Shown here one piece after another: positions 37,271 to 50,854 of a DNA stretch of 64,000 nt; the first letter of the stretch is position 1, and the number at the start of each line of letters is the position of its first letter. Both the position numbers and the translations under genes were made by a program. Under the pieces are notes generated by a model. The model was not told where the DNA came from. It made no database searches and saw only the letters and a program-made list of their open reading frames with translations. The DNA is from Mobula hypostoma. Taxonomy: Eukaryota. Where the stretch lies: the NCBI RefSeq assembly GCF_963921235.1, contig NC_086118.1, forward strand, positions 12,712,001 to 12,776,000, read 5' to 3'.

Positions 37271-37903
37271 AGTTGCGTTGCATTAAATTTTATAGAATAC
37301 TCGATGAACATCTGAATGGTTCAATGTGACAATTTAACTCTTTGTGAGCTTGCAGCGTGTAGAGTGTCTGTACAAGTTAAACATTGTATGTTTGTTCATG
37401 TCTAATGTTTGCTGATGATCGATGGGTCCTTTCTTAGTCTCAGGCACCATTAACATGAGGTTGTCTGTTAACGGCTATGCTGAATACCGTGTTAATGAAC
37501 ACATAAGTTGTTTGAATGAAGGAAACCATGCTGAGTTAATGGCATGAGAGCAAAAGATCAAAGGGTTTGCCTGTCTCTGTATGTCTCTCTACACTGGTGG
37601 AACTCTTATTTATTGGGGTACCTTTCAGTCGCTTATTGGGACTTCACCCCTTGACCTAGGTATTGCAATTGGTGCTAAGATCTGGGGTGAATTCATGAGT
37701 TGGATTTTGGAGTTGCCCCGACAACAGCAACAATCAAGTGGTGACTAAGACTCATGAGCCCTAAGATCTTTGCTACTTAGTACGTAGCATTGTCTGTGGT
37801 TTGTTTGTGCTTTGTATTATTATGATAATAAATGAGACTAAAGTTACTTGACCACAAATTACCCCATCTCTTGGACACTCAGATTGTATGACTCTGACCA
37901 ACA
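37271..37903 (+). mobile_element. Possible solo LTR
   Basis: Non-coding block with AATAAA near 37827 and a CCAACA end; no clear TSD. Confidence 0.3.
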
Positions 37904-39634
37904 CCACCCAGCACACAGGTTACAGTGAAAAAAAAATGGGGAATGTCATTGATGGGAATAGAATGGAAACAGACTTCGTTGGCCAAATGTCTTTTTCCAT
38001 ATGGAGGAAAGTAACTCTAATCCTAAACTGGTGAAATAGCATCAGTGATGTTCCTGATTCTGCTGATTCAGTAAAATTAACTTTATGATTGTTTAATTAT
38101 ACATTGCAAATGGTGTAGGCTCAAGTGAAAATGTAATAGTACTGAAGAGTGCGCATTCTGAATGCAATAGCCCATCAGGGATTGATCTCTTTGCTAAGGC
38201 TTCAGATCGTTCTTGTAGCTGAGATTGCAGGAATCCTGATGAGAAATTTATCACACTTCAAACATCATGTTCTAGCTTATGGAGAGGTTTACTTGGAGTA
38301 GTCAAAGTGTGAGCCACTTGCCAGAGCATGCAACCTGTTCCTAATTCTCGAAGCATAGGCTCAATGTGCCTGGTTGAACTTTACCCTAGGGTAGAATTGT
38401 TCTTGGTGAGGAAATCTTCCATTGTTAAAGATCAGACGGATTTTCCTGTCTTCTCTCTCCTACTCATTGAGTTCTGTGGAATTATCAGAGAACACCAGAC
38501 TCTTAACCTTCTGGAAGAAGGAAGAAAAGAGATTATCCAGGCTCTAGAGCAAAGGTTTCCTTTGGCAGATAACTAGATGACACAAGCATTTCAATCATCC
38601 TGGTCAAGATGACACTAATGAACAATGATTCATTGGGCAACATCTTCCAGATAGTCAATTATTTTACTTTTTCTGTGTCTTCTACTTTTAATTTTTATGT
38701 CAATTTTGTTTCAGAAGCTGTTGGAGCCTGTGACTTACGGTTTGGCATTTGATCGAGTGATCTAACACTCTGCTGTTCCCCAAGAAAATTCCAGGAGAGG
38801 ACCATGAGCATGAGCTGCCTCAAGGAGAAGACCAAAGAAGGGGTGTGGGCCATGATCAACTCCATTACTCACCGATCAGAGCATCGAGGAAGATTTTGAG
38901 CTGAATGCGGAGAAGGCCAGGTCAATGGTCGCTCTCCACAGAGGCCGTGGGTCGGCAGAGGCTCTCTATGGAAGGACTGAGTTCAAGCAGCCACTCTCAT
39001 CGATGCTGTTGGAGGATGTTTCTCAAATTCTGAGATTTATGTCATTATTGGTGTGGACTGTAGTTTGTATTGGTCTTCTTCAGTTTTCTATGTTGTCTTT
39101 CTTTTGCCGATTGGCAAGTTGGGGTGTGGGATTTGGGGGTTTGATGTTCTTGAGGGTGATATGTTAGATTTTGTGCGAGGCTGTTGTTTAGGATTTGGGT
39201 TCTGGTGTTCTAGTTGGTGTTTTTTGTGGTTGAGAGAGGGAATTGGGGGCTTGATTTTATTGTTGCTGTCTTTTTAACTTGTGGATGAAATGTTAGTTTT
39301 TTGCAAGAAAAAGGGGTTGGAAGTTTGGGGTTTTGATGTCCTAGCTGCCATTTTGCAGGTGGACTATCTGTTAGTTTTTGTGTTATAGAGGGGTGGTGGG
39401 GGGAATTTGGGGTTTGAGTTTTTGTTTCTTTTTCATGTGGGGGGGGGGAGGTTGATGTCTTTTTTTCAACAACCTCCATGTATTTCATTGCTAACTGGAG
39501 AAGATGAATCTCAGAGTTATATTCTGCATACATACTTTGATAATAAAATTAACCTTTGAACCTTTGAAACTTTAAGTTAATAAGACCATAAGGTCATAAA
39601 ACATAGGAGTAGAATTAAGCCATCTGGCCCATCG

Positions 39635-40999
39635 TGTCACAGTGGGGGGGGGGGGCATAGGGAGCAAGGGTGGACCCAAATGCAAGACACATCTTCTGAG
39701 GTTAATTAGATTTAGTTTATTGTTTGACACCAGGAGAGCAAAGCAGAAGGAGGAATAGCAAACAGGACAAGAACTACGACTAGGCTGGGACCAAGGGTCT
39801 GGGCTTGGACTCGGAATCGGCTCCCAGAACTAGAGGAGATGAAGAGGCTAGGGTATGGACTACGAGCCAGAGACTGGGCAAGGACACAGTACCTGGGTCT
39901 TGCCTCGGGCTCGGACCCCAGAACCAGGCATGGACATGACATGGGCTAGGGAGAGGAGTAACATGGAAAAACAGAGCCTCAGTTTCGGGAGAGCAGGTAC
40001 ATGGAACCCGGACACATACACAGAACACAGAGTTGGGACCCCTCCTTGGAAACAGGACATAGGGCTGGGACTCACACACAGAACAGAGAGCCGGGACCCC
40101 TCCTTGAGTACAGGACATAGGGCTGGGACTCATGACACCAACCCACCCCCCCGTGGGGCAACAGAAAGACGGCCTGACTTACCCCGCGGAGGCGAGGACA
40201 AGGCAAGACAAGACAAGACATGACCCTACGTGGAGAAACGGCAAGACGGCCTGACTTACCCTGCGGAGGCGAGGACAAGACAAGACAAGACATGACCCTC
40301 CGTGGAGCAACAGCAAGATGGCCTGACTTACCCCGCGGAGGCGAGGACAAGACAAGACAAGACATGACCCTCCGTGGAGCAACGGCAAGATGGCTTGACT
40401 TACCCCACAGAGGCGAGGACAAGACAAGACAAGACATGACCCTCCGTGGAGAAACGGCAAGATGGCTTGACTTACCCAGCGGAGGCGAGGACAAGACAAG
40501 ACAAGACATGACCCTCCGTGGAGCAACGGCAAGACGGCCTGACTTGGATGCTGCCGGAGCCAGGACTTCGACGTGGTACTTGGAACCTCCAGGTAGTGGC
40601 GAGCTCTAGACTCGGCCCAGGAACAGTAGACAGCGGCTCCTGATTCTCTCCGGCAGGATAACTGACGGACCCACCTCAGTGAGGAAACTTTGCAGGCTCG
40701 CTTCGGCGAGGTAACCGGACAGGGTTGCTCCGGTGAGGAAGGACAAATTACCGGCACTCGCTTCGGCAGAGACTAGGCTTACTCCGGCCAGAGGTCATCG
40801 GCACACCATGCTTTTGATGACTTTGCAGACGCTCCCGCGCTGAACGACTGAAAGCCGGAGACTATAAACTGCTGGTTCAGCTGATTGTTAATTGCCTCTA
40901 ATCACCAAAGCCGAGGGACACGGGAAAACAGGGAATCAACGGTCTGGATTGTAACATAAACAAAGTAAATTTAAAGGGACCCCGATCTGGACCATGACA
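39635..40999 (-). mobile_element. Gypsy-type solo LTR, 1365 bp
   Basis: TGTCA...TGACA termini; 5-bp TSD CATCG (39630-39634 / 41000-41004). Minus strand has a TTTATA box, AATAAA and TGCATTTGGGTCC. Confidence 0.85.
40150..40545. repeat. 72-bp tandem repeat (about 5.5 copies) inside the LTR
   Basis: Unit GACAAGACAAGACAAGACATGACCCTCCGTGGAGCAACGGCAAGA.GGC.TGACTTACCC.GCGGAGGCGAG; 24-aa periodicity in the ORF track. Confidence 0.95.
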
Positions 41000-43289
41000 C
41001 ATCGAGTGTTTTCTGCCATTCTATCATGACTGATGTATTGTCCCTCTCAACCCATTATCCTGCCTTCCCTCCATAACCTTTGACACCCTGACTAATCAAG
41101 AGCCTATCAGCCTCTGTTTTAAATATACCCAATGATTTGTCCTCCAAAGCCATCTGTGGTAATGAATTCCACAGATTCACAACCCTCTGGCTGAAGGAAC
41201 TCTTCCTCATCTCTGTTCTAAAGGGACATCCTTCTATTCTGACACTGTGCCATCGGATCCTAGACTTCCCTACTAAAGGAAACATCCACTCCACTTCCGC
41301 ACTATTTTGGCCTTTCAATATTTGATAGGTTTCAATAAGATCACCCCTTATTCTTCTGACCTCTAGTGAGCACAGCCCAGCACCGTCAAATGTTCCTCAT
41401 ACATTAAGCCTTTCATTCCTCTGTGAACCTCTTCTACACTCTCCAATCCTTTCTTAGGTAAGGGGCAGAAAACTGCTCAAAATACTCAAATCTGATCAAT
41501 GCCATATAAGCCTCAGCATTTAATCCTTGCTTTTATATACTAGTCCTCTCAAAATGAATACTAATATTGCATTTGCTTTCCTTACCACCAACTCACCCTG
41601 CAAGTTAACCTTTATGGGATCCTGCATGAGGATTCCCAAATCCCTTTGCACCTCTGATTTCTGATTTTTTTCTACACGTTTAGAAAATAGTGTAAGTCTT
41701 TATTCATTCTACCGAAGTGCATAACTATACCCTTCCCTACATCTGTTAATCTGTAGAGTCCCTGCTTCCTCAATACTACTTGTCCCTCCACCAGTCTTTG
41801 TATTGTCTACAAACCTGGTCACAAAACCAGAACTGGCAGAAAAATTAGAAGTGAGTTGAGATTTTCTTTTCTTCCAAAGAGTAATGTGGGTCTTAAACTC
41901 ACTGCTTGAAATAATGTGCTAGCAGAGATCCTTATCACATGAAAATAACTTGTTTAACTACTTAAGGAATTATTGGGTCAGTTGGGATGGATGAGGAAAA
42001 ATGGACCCATTGAGTTTGTGAAATGAAATTCCTTATGCATTGTTATGTATTTTTTAACATTATAAAGGCCCCGTAACCACTGTGCCACCACACTTACCTC
42101 TAATTCAGCTCCCCTACAATTCTCTCCCCTTGCTTGGTTTTTCACTGAATTCATGGAACTCCAAAATGGCATTGCTGAAGAGTTGATATGAACCGTAAAA
42201 CATATATCTCTCCCAAAATAGAGGGGACATGAATTTCCAACATGCACAGATAAATATTATCCCACAGCAAGAATACTGTGCCTTTACTAAAATTTTCTAC
42301 TTCATTTATTTCTTTCTGCCTCCCTTTGGGAGCTGGCTTTTCCTTTCGTCTTCAAGCTGTGTGTGCTGCAGTTGTGGTGCTATTGCTTTTGTGCCATGGT
42401 ATAATGCTTGCATTATTTTCCAAGTCTTTAGCTTTTGAGGTCTCCTCATTCTTGGATTGCCTTTGTACTCGAGAGTTCTAGCTATTGGTTATACATATCT
42501 CCCTTGTGTTTTCATGTCTTCTCTTACTGGGAGACGCTTCTGAAGCATTATCATCACCTGGAGCTTCTGCTTTCTTTGTTCCTTCTACTGCCTTGTTGCT
42601 CTCCTTTGGTTACTCCCTCTCTTTTAAGATTCACCAGAATTATACCAGTGTAAAAGAACTGACTGCATACATTGGGTTATGTATTCCTTTGAGCATAGAA
42701 GATTAAAAAGAGGTTTTTATTGTAGTGTTTAATATGATTAGAGAAATTGACAGGGCAAAGAATGATATACTGTGATATGAAAAACAGAGATTTATTAGAG
42801 TTGAACAGTTCAGCATTGCTTTCAGGAAGCTTTTCTCCATAGGGAGACATTTAGAAATCTGAAACACTTCATCATTGAAACCGAAGGACAAATTAACATT
42901 TTATAACTGGTTAAATCTCTTGGATCTAAGAGACTAGGCCTGCATATCTGGACCAGGTACGTACGGGTGTGGAAAGTTGTAGGTAATGTCTCCAAGGGTT
43001 TAGGCAAAATTTAACTCAGTTCTCACATCCATCAAAGAAATTCAGGAGTCATTCTTTCTCCATGACCTTTATAATTTATGTATCTTATCATGCGTGGGCT
43101 GACCCAAGATTTAGATAGTTCCACCTGCATCACAACCATACATTAATTGCAGCTTTACAATACACTCAATGAATAACTGTCTTATGCTGAGAGACAGCAC
43201 TCTGCTTTCCAGTACCAAATGCACCTATGCCACGGGAAACATAAAACTGAGCCAATGGTCTTTCCATCTGGTGTAGATACATTGCTATA

Positions 43290-43785
43290 TGTTGACACCG
43301 TGGGGTGAATAGTGGTGTACAGGATGGCCAGGGAGGGTTAGCATCTCTGGTGAAGGGGCTTGTCGTGTTCATTCTGTGTGGTTTACTCACCTTCGGTTCC
43401 CACCTGACACTCAACTCTCATGTATGTCTCCAAATAACAGTTTGCATCTTACAGTCGCCACATTCCTGGTAACCGCTTCAACAGACGGGCCTCAAGCCCC
43501 TGTCCTAATGTGCGAAGACAGCTTCAGTGGACTAGGCAGATGAGATCAACAGCGAGATACAATGGTCAGGAAAGCAGTTCTGCAATGCTCCATGGAGAGC
43601 GCAGGGCATGGTGTGGCATGGATGTCATGGTCGTCCCCTGCAACCAAAGAAAACTGCCCATTGCACTGAAACCAGACTTCTGAGGTCAAGAGAGTGGAAC
43701 TACTGCAGTGCAAAGCTTTTCTCTTTAAAAACTCTCCCGCACAGGTCCTAACTATCGTCGTTGGGTACAACGGACAATCAATCAT
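43290..43785 (+). mobile_element. Possible RTE-related SINE or non-autonomous element
   Basis: GC-richer block ending in the hairpin GTCGTTG-GGTA-CAACGGAC and a short (AATC) tail. Confidence 0.3.
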
Positions 43786-44944
43786 TTACTGAATGTGTTT
43801 AATAAACTCTATTTGCAGTGTGATGTTTATGTGTGCTTTACAATAAAATTTCTTGGGGAATCCAAGGACAAAGAATGATTGAGTACTTACCAATCTTTCC
43901 ACAAAATGTGTTACTTTCCTTCTGGCCACCACATGGATCTGAACTGTCAATGTGTGGATATGGTTAGTGGTACCCAGTGATGAACAGCTCATGTCTGGAT
44001 GCCCCATTCTTCATTTACACAGAAGTGATACAGAAATGGTGTGGACAATTCATGTAAAAGAGTCTTCAGAGAGTGAAGTAATCTTCAACCTGGATTAAAG
44101 GAGACCTGATGATAAGGTTGAAATTGACTTTAGTTAACATATTCACTCTTCACAGCAACTGACCATCAACCCAATACCCACATGCAATCACAACACCAAC
44201 CCTCTCCTAATAGGTTATTATGACCTCAGTTACACTCAACCTGACAAGATCCTGAAAGTTGTGACTCCACTAACTTCTGAAATAATGGCTAAAACTTGCC
44301 ATTTCTCTCATTTTGACCTTTGCAGGAATCATGACCTATCTATTGCATATGATACCCCGGGTCTCATGAATTATAAAACTTTTCAGTAAAGGACTCTCCA
44401 TTAAAAAATACATTCTCCTGCAACTCACATCAGTTTTCCAGATTATTTTTTCTATCTTTGTTTACCTATGTTGCCTAGAGCAAAGTTTGAGTCTTTCACC
44501 TTCTTTCCAAGAAACTGGGAGAGTGCATTGTAGAATAAGTAGATGATTCCCAGCATACACCCAGAATTCCAAAGTTCCCAACATGTTTCAAGATCAACAC
44601 CAGATACTTTAAGTCAGCTTAATTATTTTTCCACACTGTATGAGTGACCTATCAGACAAAAGTTTAAATATTGTGAAAGCAGATTGAAGCAGCAACTTGT
44701 TCCACTCATGTACTTGTGTTTAATTGCTATGTTCTTGTGCTGCAGATTTTCTGATTTATTCCATGATAAAGTCCTGGCAACTAAGTTTTGAGGCTAATGG
44801 GAGAGGGATGACTTTAACAGAATATAATACAACATGAACTGTGTGACAAGGCAATATTTATAAAGAATCAAAGAGCTTGGAGACAGGTCCTTCAGCCCAC
44901 TGTGTCTGTGCCAACTGTCAAGCCCTAAGTTACATTTCTATGAA

Positions 44945-45420
44945 CTCTCCAGCACTATAGTTCTATAGAAGTGTTGTGCAGAGTATATTGACTGATTGTA
45001 TCATGGCCTGGTTTGGAAATAACCAGTGCTCTTGAATGGAAGAGCTTACAAAAAGATATAGCCCAGTCCATCACGGTAAAGCCCTCCCCACCAATGAGTA
45101 CATCTACATGAAAGCACCAAGGACACCCACCATGCTCTCGTCTCACTGCTTTACTTATCTTCATTCATTCCATCGCTGAACTGTTCCCAGAGCCTATGGA
45201 TGTTCTTGATGTTTATTGCTTAACTATTTATTATTATTATTTCTTTTCTTTTCTTTTTGTATTTGCACAGTTTTCCGTCTTTTGCACATTGGTTGGGGAT
45301 GTCATTTCATTGATTCTATGGTGTTTCGTGCATTCTGTGACTGTCTGCAAGAAAATGAATCCTGGGGTTGTGTATGGTGACATATATGTACTTTGATCAT
45401 CAATTTACTTCAAACTTTGA
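44945..45420 (+). mobile_element. Decayed Rex1/Babar 3' fragment
   Basis: SILT.CI.AWFG motif and an ACTTTGA tail. Confidence 0.6.
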
Positions 45421-45484
45421 GCACTAATCCTGCCCTTATCCTGTTTTATTCAACCTACATTTCCATCAGCACTTGCAAAATTCA

Positions 45485-45690
45485 GCAGCCCACCTACACA
45501 TTCAAGGCAGCTAATTAACCAAGCAATGGTACATCTTTAAGAGACGGGAGGAAACTGCTGTACCCAAAAGAAACGCATGGAGTCAAATGGAGAACATGTA
45601 AACTCCACACAGATAATATCCAAGGCCAGGACTGAACCCATATCATTGGAGTTGTGAAGCAGCAGCTCTAACAGCTGTGTCACTATATTG
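45485..45690 (-). mobile_element. Decayed V-SINE
   Basis: Reverse complement of TGTGTGGAGTTT.CATGTTCTCC and a B-box-like GGGTTCAGTCC. Confidence 0.55.
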
Positions 45691-47718
45691 CTTGGCTTTC
45701 AACTGAAAAGCCTGGAGACTAATTCGGAAAGGAATGGTAATTATTCAGTTTCATGCACCTAGAAATCCAATTTCTATGCAATAACACTTCGAGTTTTGTT
45801 CTCAGTAACTAGAATTTCCAATTAAGTGATGTGATTATTCCTAACCTCTAGAGATTTATCTTGGGTTTCTCACTGGTTCAGTGGCTAATTGACTAAATTA
45901 TGTTGTCCTATGCTAGGCAGGATGTGCAACAGTTTATTTCCCTCCTTTGCAACCCCTGCCAGCCAACTAATCCTCTGAAATTTCTCCAATCATCCCATTC
46001 TAGCCTCTTGGGCACGATCACTTTGTATCAACATCATTGCTTTTGGCTGCCAAGTTCCAAAGCTCTGGAATTTCATCTGTTAACTGCTCCGCCCCTCTCC
46101 GTTGGGATATTATTTTAAAACACACTTTGTGCACCATTGGCGTCTATCCTATTCTCAACTTCGCCTTCAGATGATTTACTATATAAATAGAGCTTTATTC
46201 TGCACGCTTAATTTGTGATGTATTATGGGACGAATCAATCCAAGAAATCTGATCCTCACCACCTGTTAATTAGGTGCAGTTTGGCACCTCTGCATATGTG
46301 CACATTAGTGGCAATCTTCAATCTGGTTGCTTTAATGTTAGGAACGTTGATACACCATCCAAAGTTTAAGAGATGGGAGGAAACTGTTGTATCTAAAAGC
46401 TGATTCCACACCACAGCTACCAAAACTATGCAAATTCAGAATAACAACAGAAAATGCAGGAAATTCTCAGCAGTCAGACCACACCTTTGGGAAGAAGACC
46501 ACAGAGGCTGCCTGACCTGATGACTATTTCCAGTATTTAGCTTTTAGATATTTTCTTCCATTCTGAGTACCTGTAGTTTCTTTTCAATTTTCACAAATGA
46601 TGCTACCTTCATCCCATGCTGTAACGTCTGAGAGGAATGACACTAATGCCTGTGCTATTTAAAGGCAGTAGCAAGCACTTTGATTATTTATATTGAGTTG
46701 CTTATTACCAGCGTGCTGCGGAAGTTTGCAATGTGTAAGGATCCCTGCAGAAATGAGGCTGAACACTACCAGGCTCTTGGCATTGAATGCTGGCTTTCTA
46801 GAAACCAAGTATTTGTTTGTGTATATCTATCATCTAAAGGTTTCCTTATCCAATTCCTCTCTCCTCCTTTCTCCTATGGGGAACCTTTTACCTGTAATAC
46901 CTGTTGTTTGTGGCCTGACTCCAGACCATTCTTGACCGGCAATTAATAGGCACATGTTTTGCATCCATTGCATTTGTCTATTCAGACTCCAGCTTATGAT
47001 TCTGAACAAGTAAAGGCTTGAACTTGAATCCCTTTCATAATACTTTATTTGGGTTTGGGAAGGGCAATTGAGGGTGCCTTGCCAACAAGGTTTAGAGTGG
47101 CCTCTTCTGTACTTCAGAGCTTTCTATGGAGATGCAATAACTTTTGTCAAAGTTTGTCAAAGATAGAAGAGGTTTCCTTGAACTCTGTCCAATATTGTTG
47201 TCTTCATGCCACTGAGAATAAATAAACTACTTCACACTCCATTGTGTCTTTAATAATATTTGTAGTACTGCACAGACAATTGCCCCCAGTTGACATCAGC
47301 CCCATACACACAAGTCATCTACTGTCTGCCTATATATAGTGTATCTTCATCTTCCCATCATTCTTCCCCCTCCTACACCATTTGTCTGTATAAAGTCAAC
47401 ATCTTTGGAGAGAAAAAATAACAGATGTTTCAGGTTAATGATTTTTCATTGGAACTGGAAAAGTGAGATAACAGAGGTAATGCCTGTGATAGAGTAGAGA
47501 CCAAAGTTGTCCAGGTTACACAAAGCTTTCAGAGATGTTTGGTTAATAATTGAACATCAGAAGTTAAAGACCAAAAAATAACAAAACAATGTTCTGGAAA
47601 TGTCAGACACTGAATGCAACAAAACCTAGAAATCTGAAACAAAAAATGAATACTGGGAGTCACTTGCAGATCAGGAGAAAGAAAAATTGATTTAATGTTG
47701 CAGGTGGGAGGCATTATG

Positions 47719-50345
47719 TCAGAAACAGAATCAGGTTTAAAATCACTGGCATATACTGTAACATTTATTGTTTTGTGGCAGCAGTACCTTGAAAGTCATA
47801 ATAATAACAAAACTATAAATTCCAATAGGAAATGCATTCAAAAATTTAATTAAATGGTCATGCAAAAAGCAAGCAATAGAAAAATAAATATTGGGGTAGT
47901 ATACATGCATTCATTGTCCAGTCAGAAATCTGATGGTGGAGGGGAAGAAGCTGTTCCTAAAGTATTGAGTGTGTGGCTTCAGGCTCGAGTACCTCTTCCT
48001 TGATGGCAGCAATGAGACTAGGGCATGTCCTAGATAATGGTGTTCCTAATCATGGATGCTACCTTTCTGAGGTATCCCTGATGCTCAGGAAGTTAGTGCC
48101 CATAATGAAGCTGGCTAAGTTAATAACTTTCTGGAGCTTTTTCTGATCCTGTGCAGAGGCCTCTCCATACCAGACAGTGATGCAACCAGTTAGAATGTTC
48201 TCCACGATACAGCTGCAGAAACTTGTGAGAGTCTTTGTTGTTATACCAAGTCTCCTCAAACTCCTGATAAAATATAACCACTGTAGTGCCTTCTTTGTAA
48301 TTGCATCAATATGTTGGGCCCACGATAGATCTTCAGAGATGTTGACATCCAGGAATTTGAAACTGCTCACCCTTTCCACTGCTGATCTCTTGGTGAGGAT
48401 TGGTGTGTGTTCCCTCAACTTCACCTTCCTGAAGCCCACAATGAATTCCTTGGTCTTATTGACATTGAGTGCAAGGTTGCTGTTGTGACACCATTCAACC
48501 AAATCATTGCCATCTGTAATTCTGCTAACAATAGTTATGTCCTTGGCAAATTAATAAATAGCATTTGGCCTGTGTGTACTGTGAGGGGATCCAGGAGTGC
48601 CCCTATTAACTGTTTGAAGAGAGACAGAGAGAGACATTTATCATTGATGGTTTGTTTGGAAAGGAGAGAGGGACCAAGATCAATGGTTGGACTGTCACTT
48701 TAAGGCATTGGAAGTAACTTTAGTAGTTTATAGCAATACGAGACTCCAAGTGGTTTCTATTTCTGCTGGTTTCTTAATCCCCATCACGGAGTACGTGACA
48801 GTACCCATATAGTCACTGTGAGTGGAGCCGTGGGCAAAGCAGGCATCCTCGAGGTGCCTCCTTGATTGTCAGCAAGGAGGAAATGTTATTTCCAATCTGC
48901 ACTGACTGTGTGAGGAAGTCACACAGTTACTTCATTATGGGCACTAACTTCCTGGTGAGGAAGTCAAGGATCTAGGTGCAGTGAGAATTACAGGGGCCCA
49001 GGTTTTGGAGCTTGTTGAATGCTGAGCTGTAATCAACAACAGCTTGATGTAGATATTACTACAATCTAGGTGGGCCAAGGCCAAGTGGAGAGTCAGTGAG
49101 ATTGCATCTCCTGTAAACCTATTGTAGTATTAGGCAAATTGCAGCGGGTCCATGTCCTTGTTTGGCAAGAGTTGGTTCTAGCCATGACCGACCTCTCAAA
49201 GCACTTCATCACAGTAAATCTGAGCACAACTGATCGACAATCATTGAGGCAGCTCACCCTGCTCTTTCTGGGCACTGGTGTGATTGTCGCATTTTTGAAG
49301 CAGGTGGGAACCTCCGACTGCAGCAGCGAAAGATTGAAGAAATCTTTGAACACTCCCACCAGCTGGTTAACACAGGATTTCTGTGCCCTGCCAGGTACAC
49401 CATAATGGCCTGATGATTTGCAAGGGTTCACCTTCTTAAAAGATGTTCTGACGTTGGCCTCTGAGACAGAGATCACAGGGTTACGAGATGCTGCAGGGCT
49501 TTCAGCAGGTATAGTTTTTTTCTCCCTTTCAAAGCATGCATTAAAGGCATTAAACTCATTTGGGAGTGAAGCATCACAGGCATTCATGATATTAGGTTTC
49601 GCCTTGTCGGGAATAATGGCCTGTAAGTATTTCCAGAGTTGATGTACATCGATTCCATCTCTAACTTCAGTCAGAATTGTTCTATCACTCTTAAAGTGGC
49701 CTTCCGTAGGTTATACTTGGACTTCTTGAATAGTTCCAGATCACTGGTCTTGAATGCCATAGATCTACCCCTCAGCAAACCATGAATCTCCTGGTTCGTC
49801 CATAGCTTCTGGTTTGGGTATGTCCGGTATGTTCTCGAAGCCACGCACACATCCACACATGTCTTGATGAAGCTGGTGACAACTGTGGTGCATTAATTTA
49901 AAATGAAGGATCAATCCCTGAGTATTGTCCAGTACCAACTCAAAGTAGCCTTGTGTTTCTCTGCCTCCTTTGACCATAGCTTTTTGGCCTTCACCGCTCG
50001 TGCTATGGTCTCTAGTCTCTGCCTGTAGGCTGGTTGTAGAAGTACAGCTAGGTGACTGGACCTTCCAAAGTGTGGGCGTGGGATGGCACCGTAAGCGTTT
50101 TTGGTGGTGGTGTAGCAAGGGTCAAATGTGTTGGTGCCTCTGGTTCAACAGGTGATATCTTGGTGGTAGCTGTTCAGAGATTTCTTTAAGTTGGCCTGGT
50201 TGAAGTCCCCTGCAATGATTGAGAAGACATCAGGGTGCGTTGTTTTGTGACTGCTGATCATGATGCTCAGCTCCTCTGATGTCTGCCCGCCATTGGTCTG
50301 AGGTGGAATGTACTCCACTACCAGGATGTTGGTGGAAACTCCCTC
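47719..50345 (-). mobile_element. Rex1/Babar LINE (APE + RT), decayed
   Basis: YIPPQ and AGDFNQANLK (APE); VPTCFK, CLND, MKCFER; WCHNSNLALNVNKTKE, FKFL. Confidence 0.9.
48580..48800 (+). mobile_element. Small solo LTR (221 bp) inserted in the Rex element
   Basis: TGTGAG...GTGACA termini with 4-bp TSD GTAC (48576-48579 / 48801-48804); Rex sequence appears contiguous across it. Confidence 0.65.
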
Positions 50346-50854
50346 AGCAGGTAAAATGGATGACACTTGACTGCTAGATTTTCCAGCATGGGTCAACAGG
50401 ATGAAACCCAGCTGCCACATCTGTTCACCATGATGAGTTATCGTGAACTATATTCCACCTCCTCTACTTTTAAAAAGTGTCAGCCATCCTATCTTTTCGG
50501 TGGAGTTGGTATGTTTTATCATAACCTATCAAAGCACTTCATCACGGTGGATCTAAGTGTAACTGGACAATTGTAAGGTTACCATGTTCTTCTCAGCCAC
50601 AGGTATAAGTGAATCAGTCTTGAAGCAGGTGAGTGACAAAGCAAGAGATTCAATATATTATTAAATACTCTCTTGCACTTCCTCAACATATTGTTAAGCA
50701 ATCTATTTGGATGGCATCCAAAACAAAGTTTTTCCCTGGACCTTGGAACATGCAACAATAATAAACTAATTTTCCAATATATTTATCAATTTTCTGACTT
50801 CTTTTACTCACTAACCATTGTCTTTCAGGTAGGCTCTGATCTTATCTTCAGGAG

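Larger units (their letters stand above)
39584..41830 (-). mobile_element. CR1 3' portion interrupted by the solo LTR
   Basis: Tail at 39584-39629 continues at 41005; FSQRVVNLWNSLP in ORF 41055-41318. Confidence 0.85.

Noticed and set aside
37271..37903. 3' LTR partner of the ERV at 26780-34995
   Set aside because: No visible similarity to 26780-27090 beyond the terminal CCAACA.
38328..38576. 82-aa ATG-initiated ORF
   Set aside because: No recognisable domain; the length is compatible with chance.
40150..40545. CRISPR-like regular array
   Set aside because: Whole 72-bp units repeat with no unique spacers, there are no cas genes, and it lies inside a TSD-flanked eukaryotic LTR.
46710..46808. 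Possible host exon (VLRKFAMCKDPCRNEAEHY...)
   Set aside because: Weak donor site and no recognisable homology.
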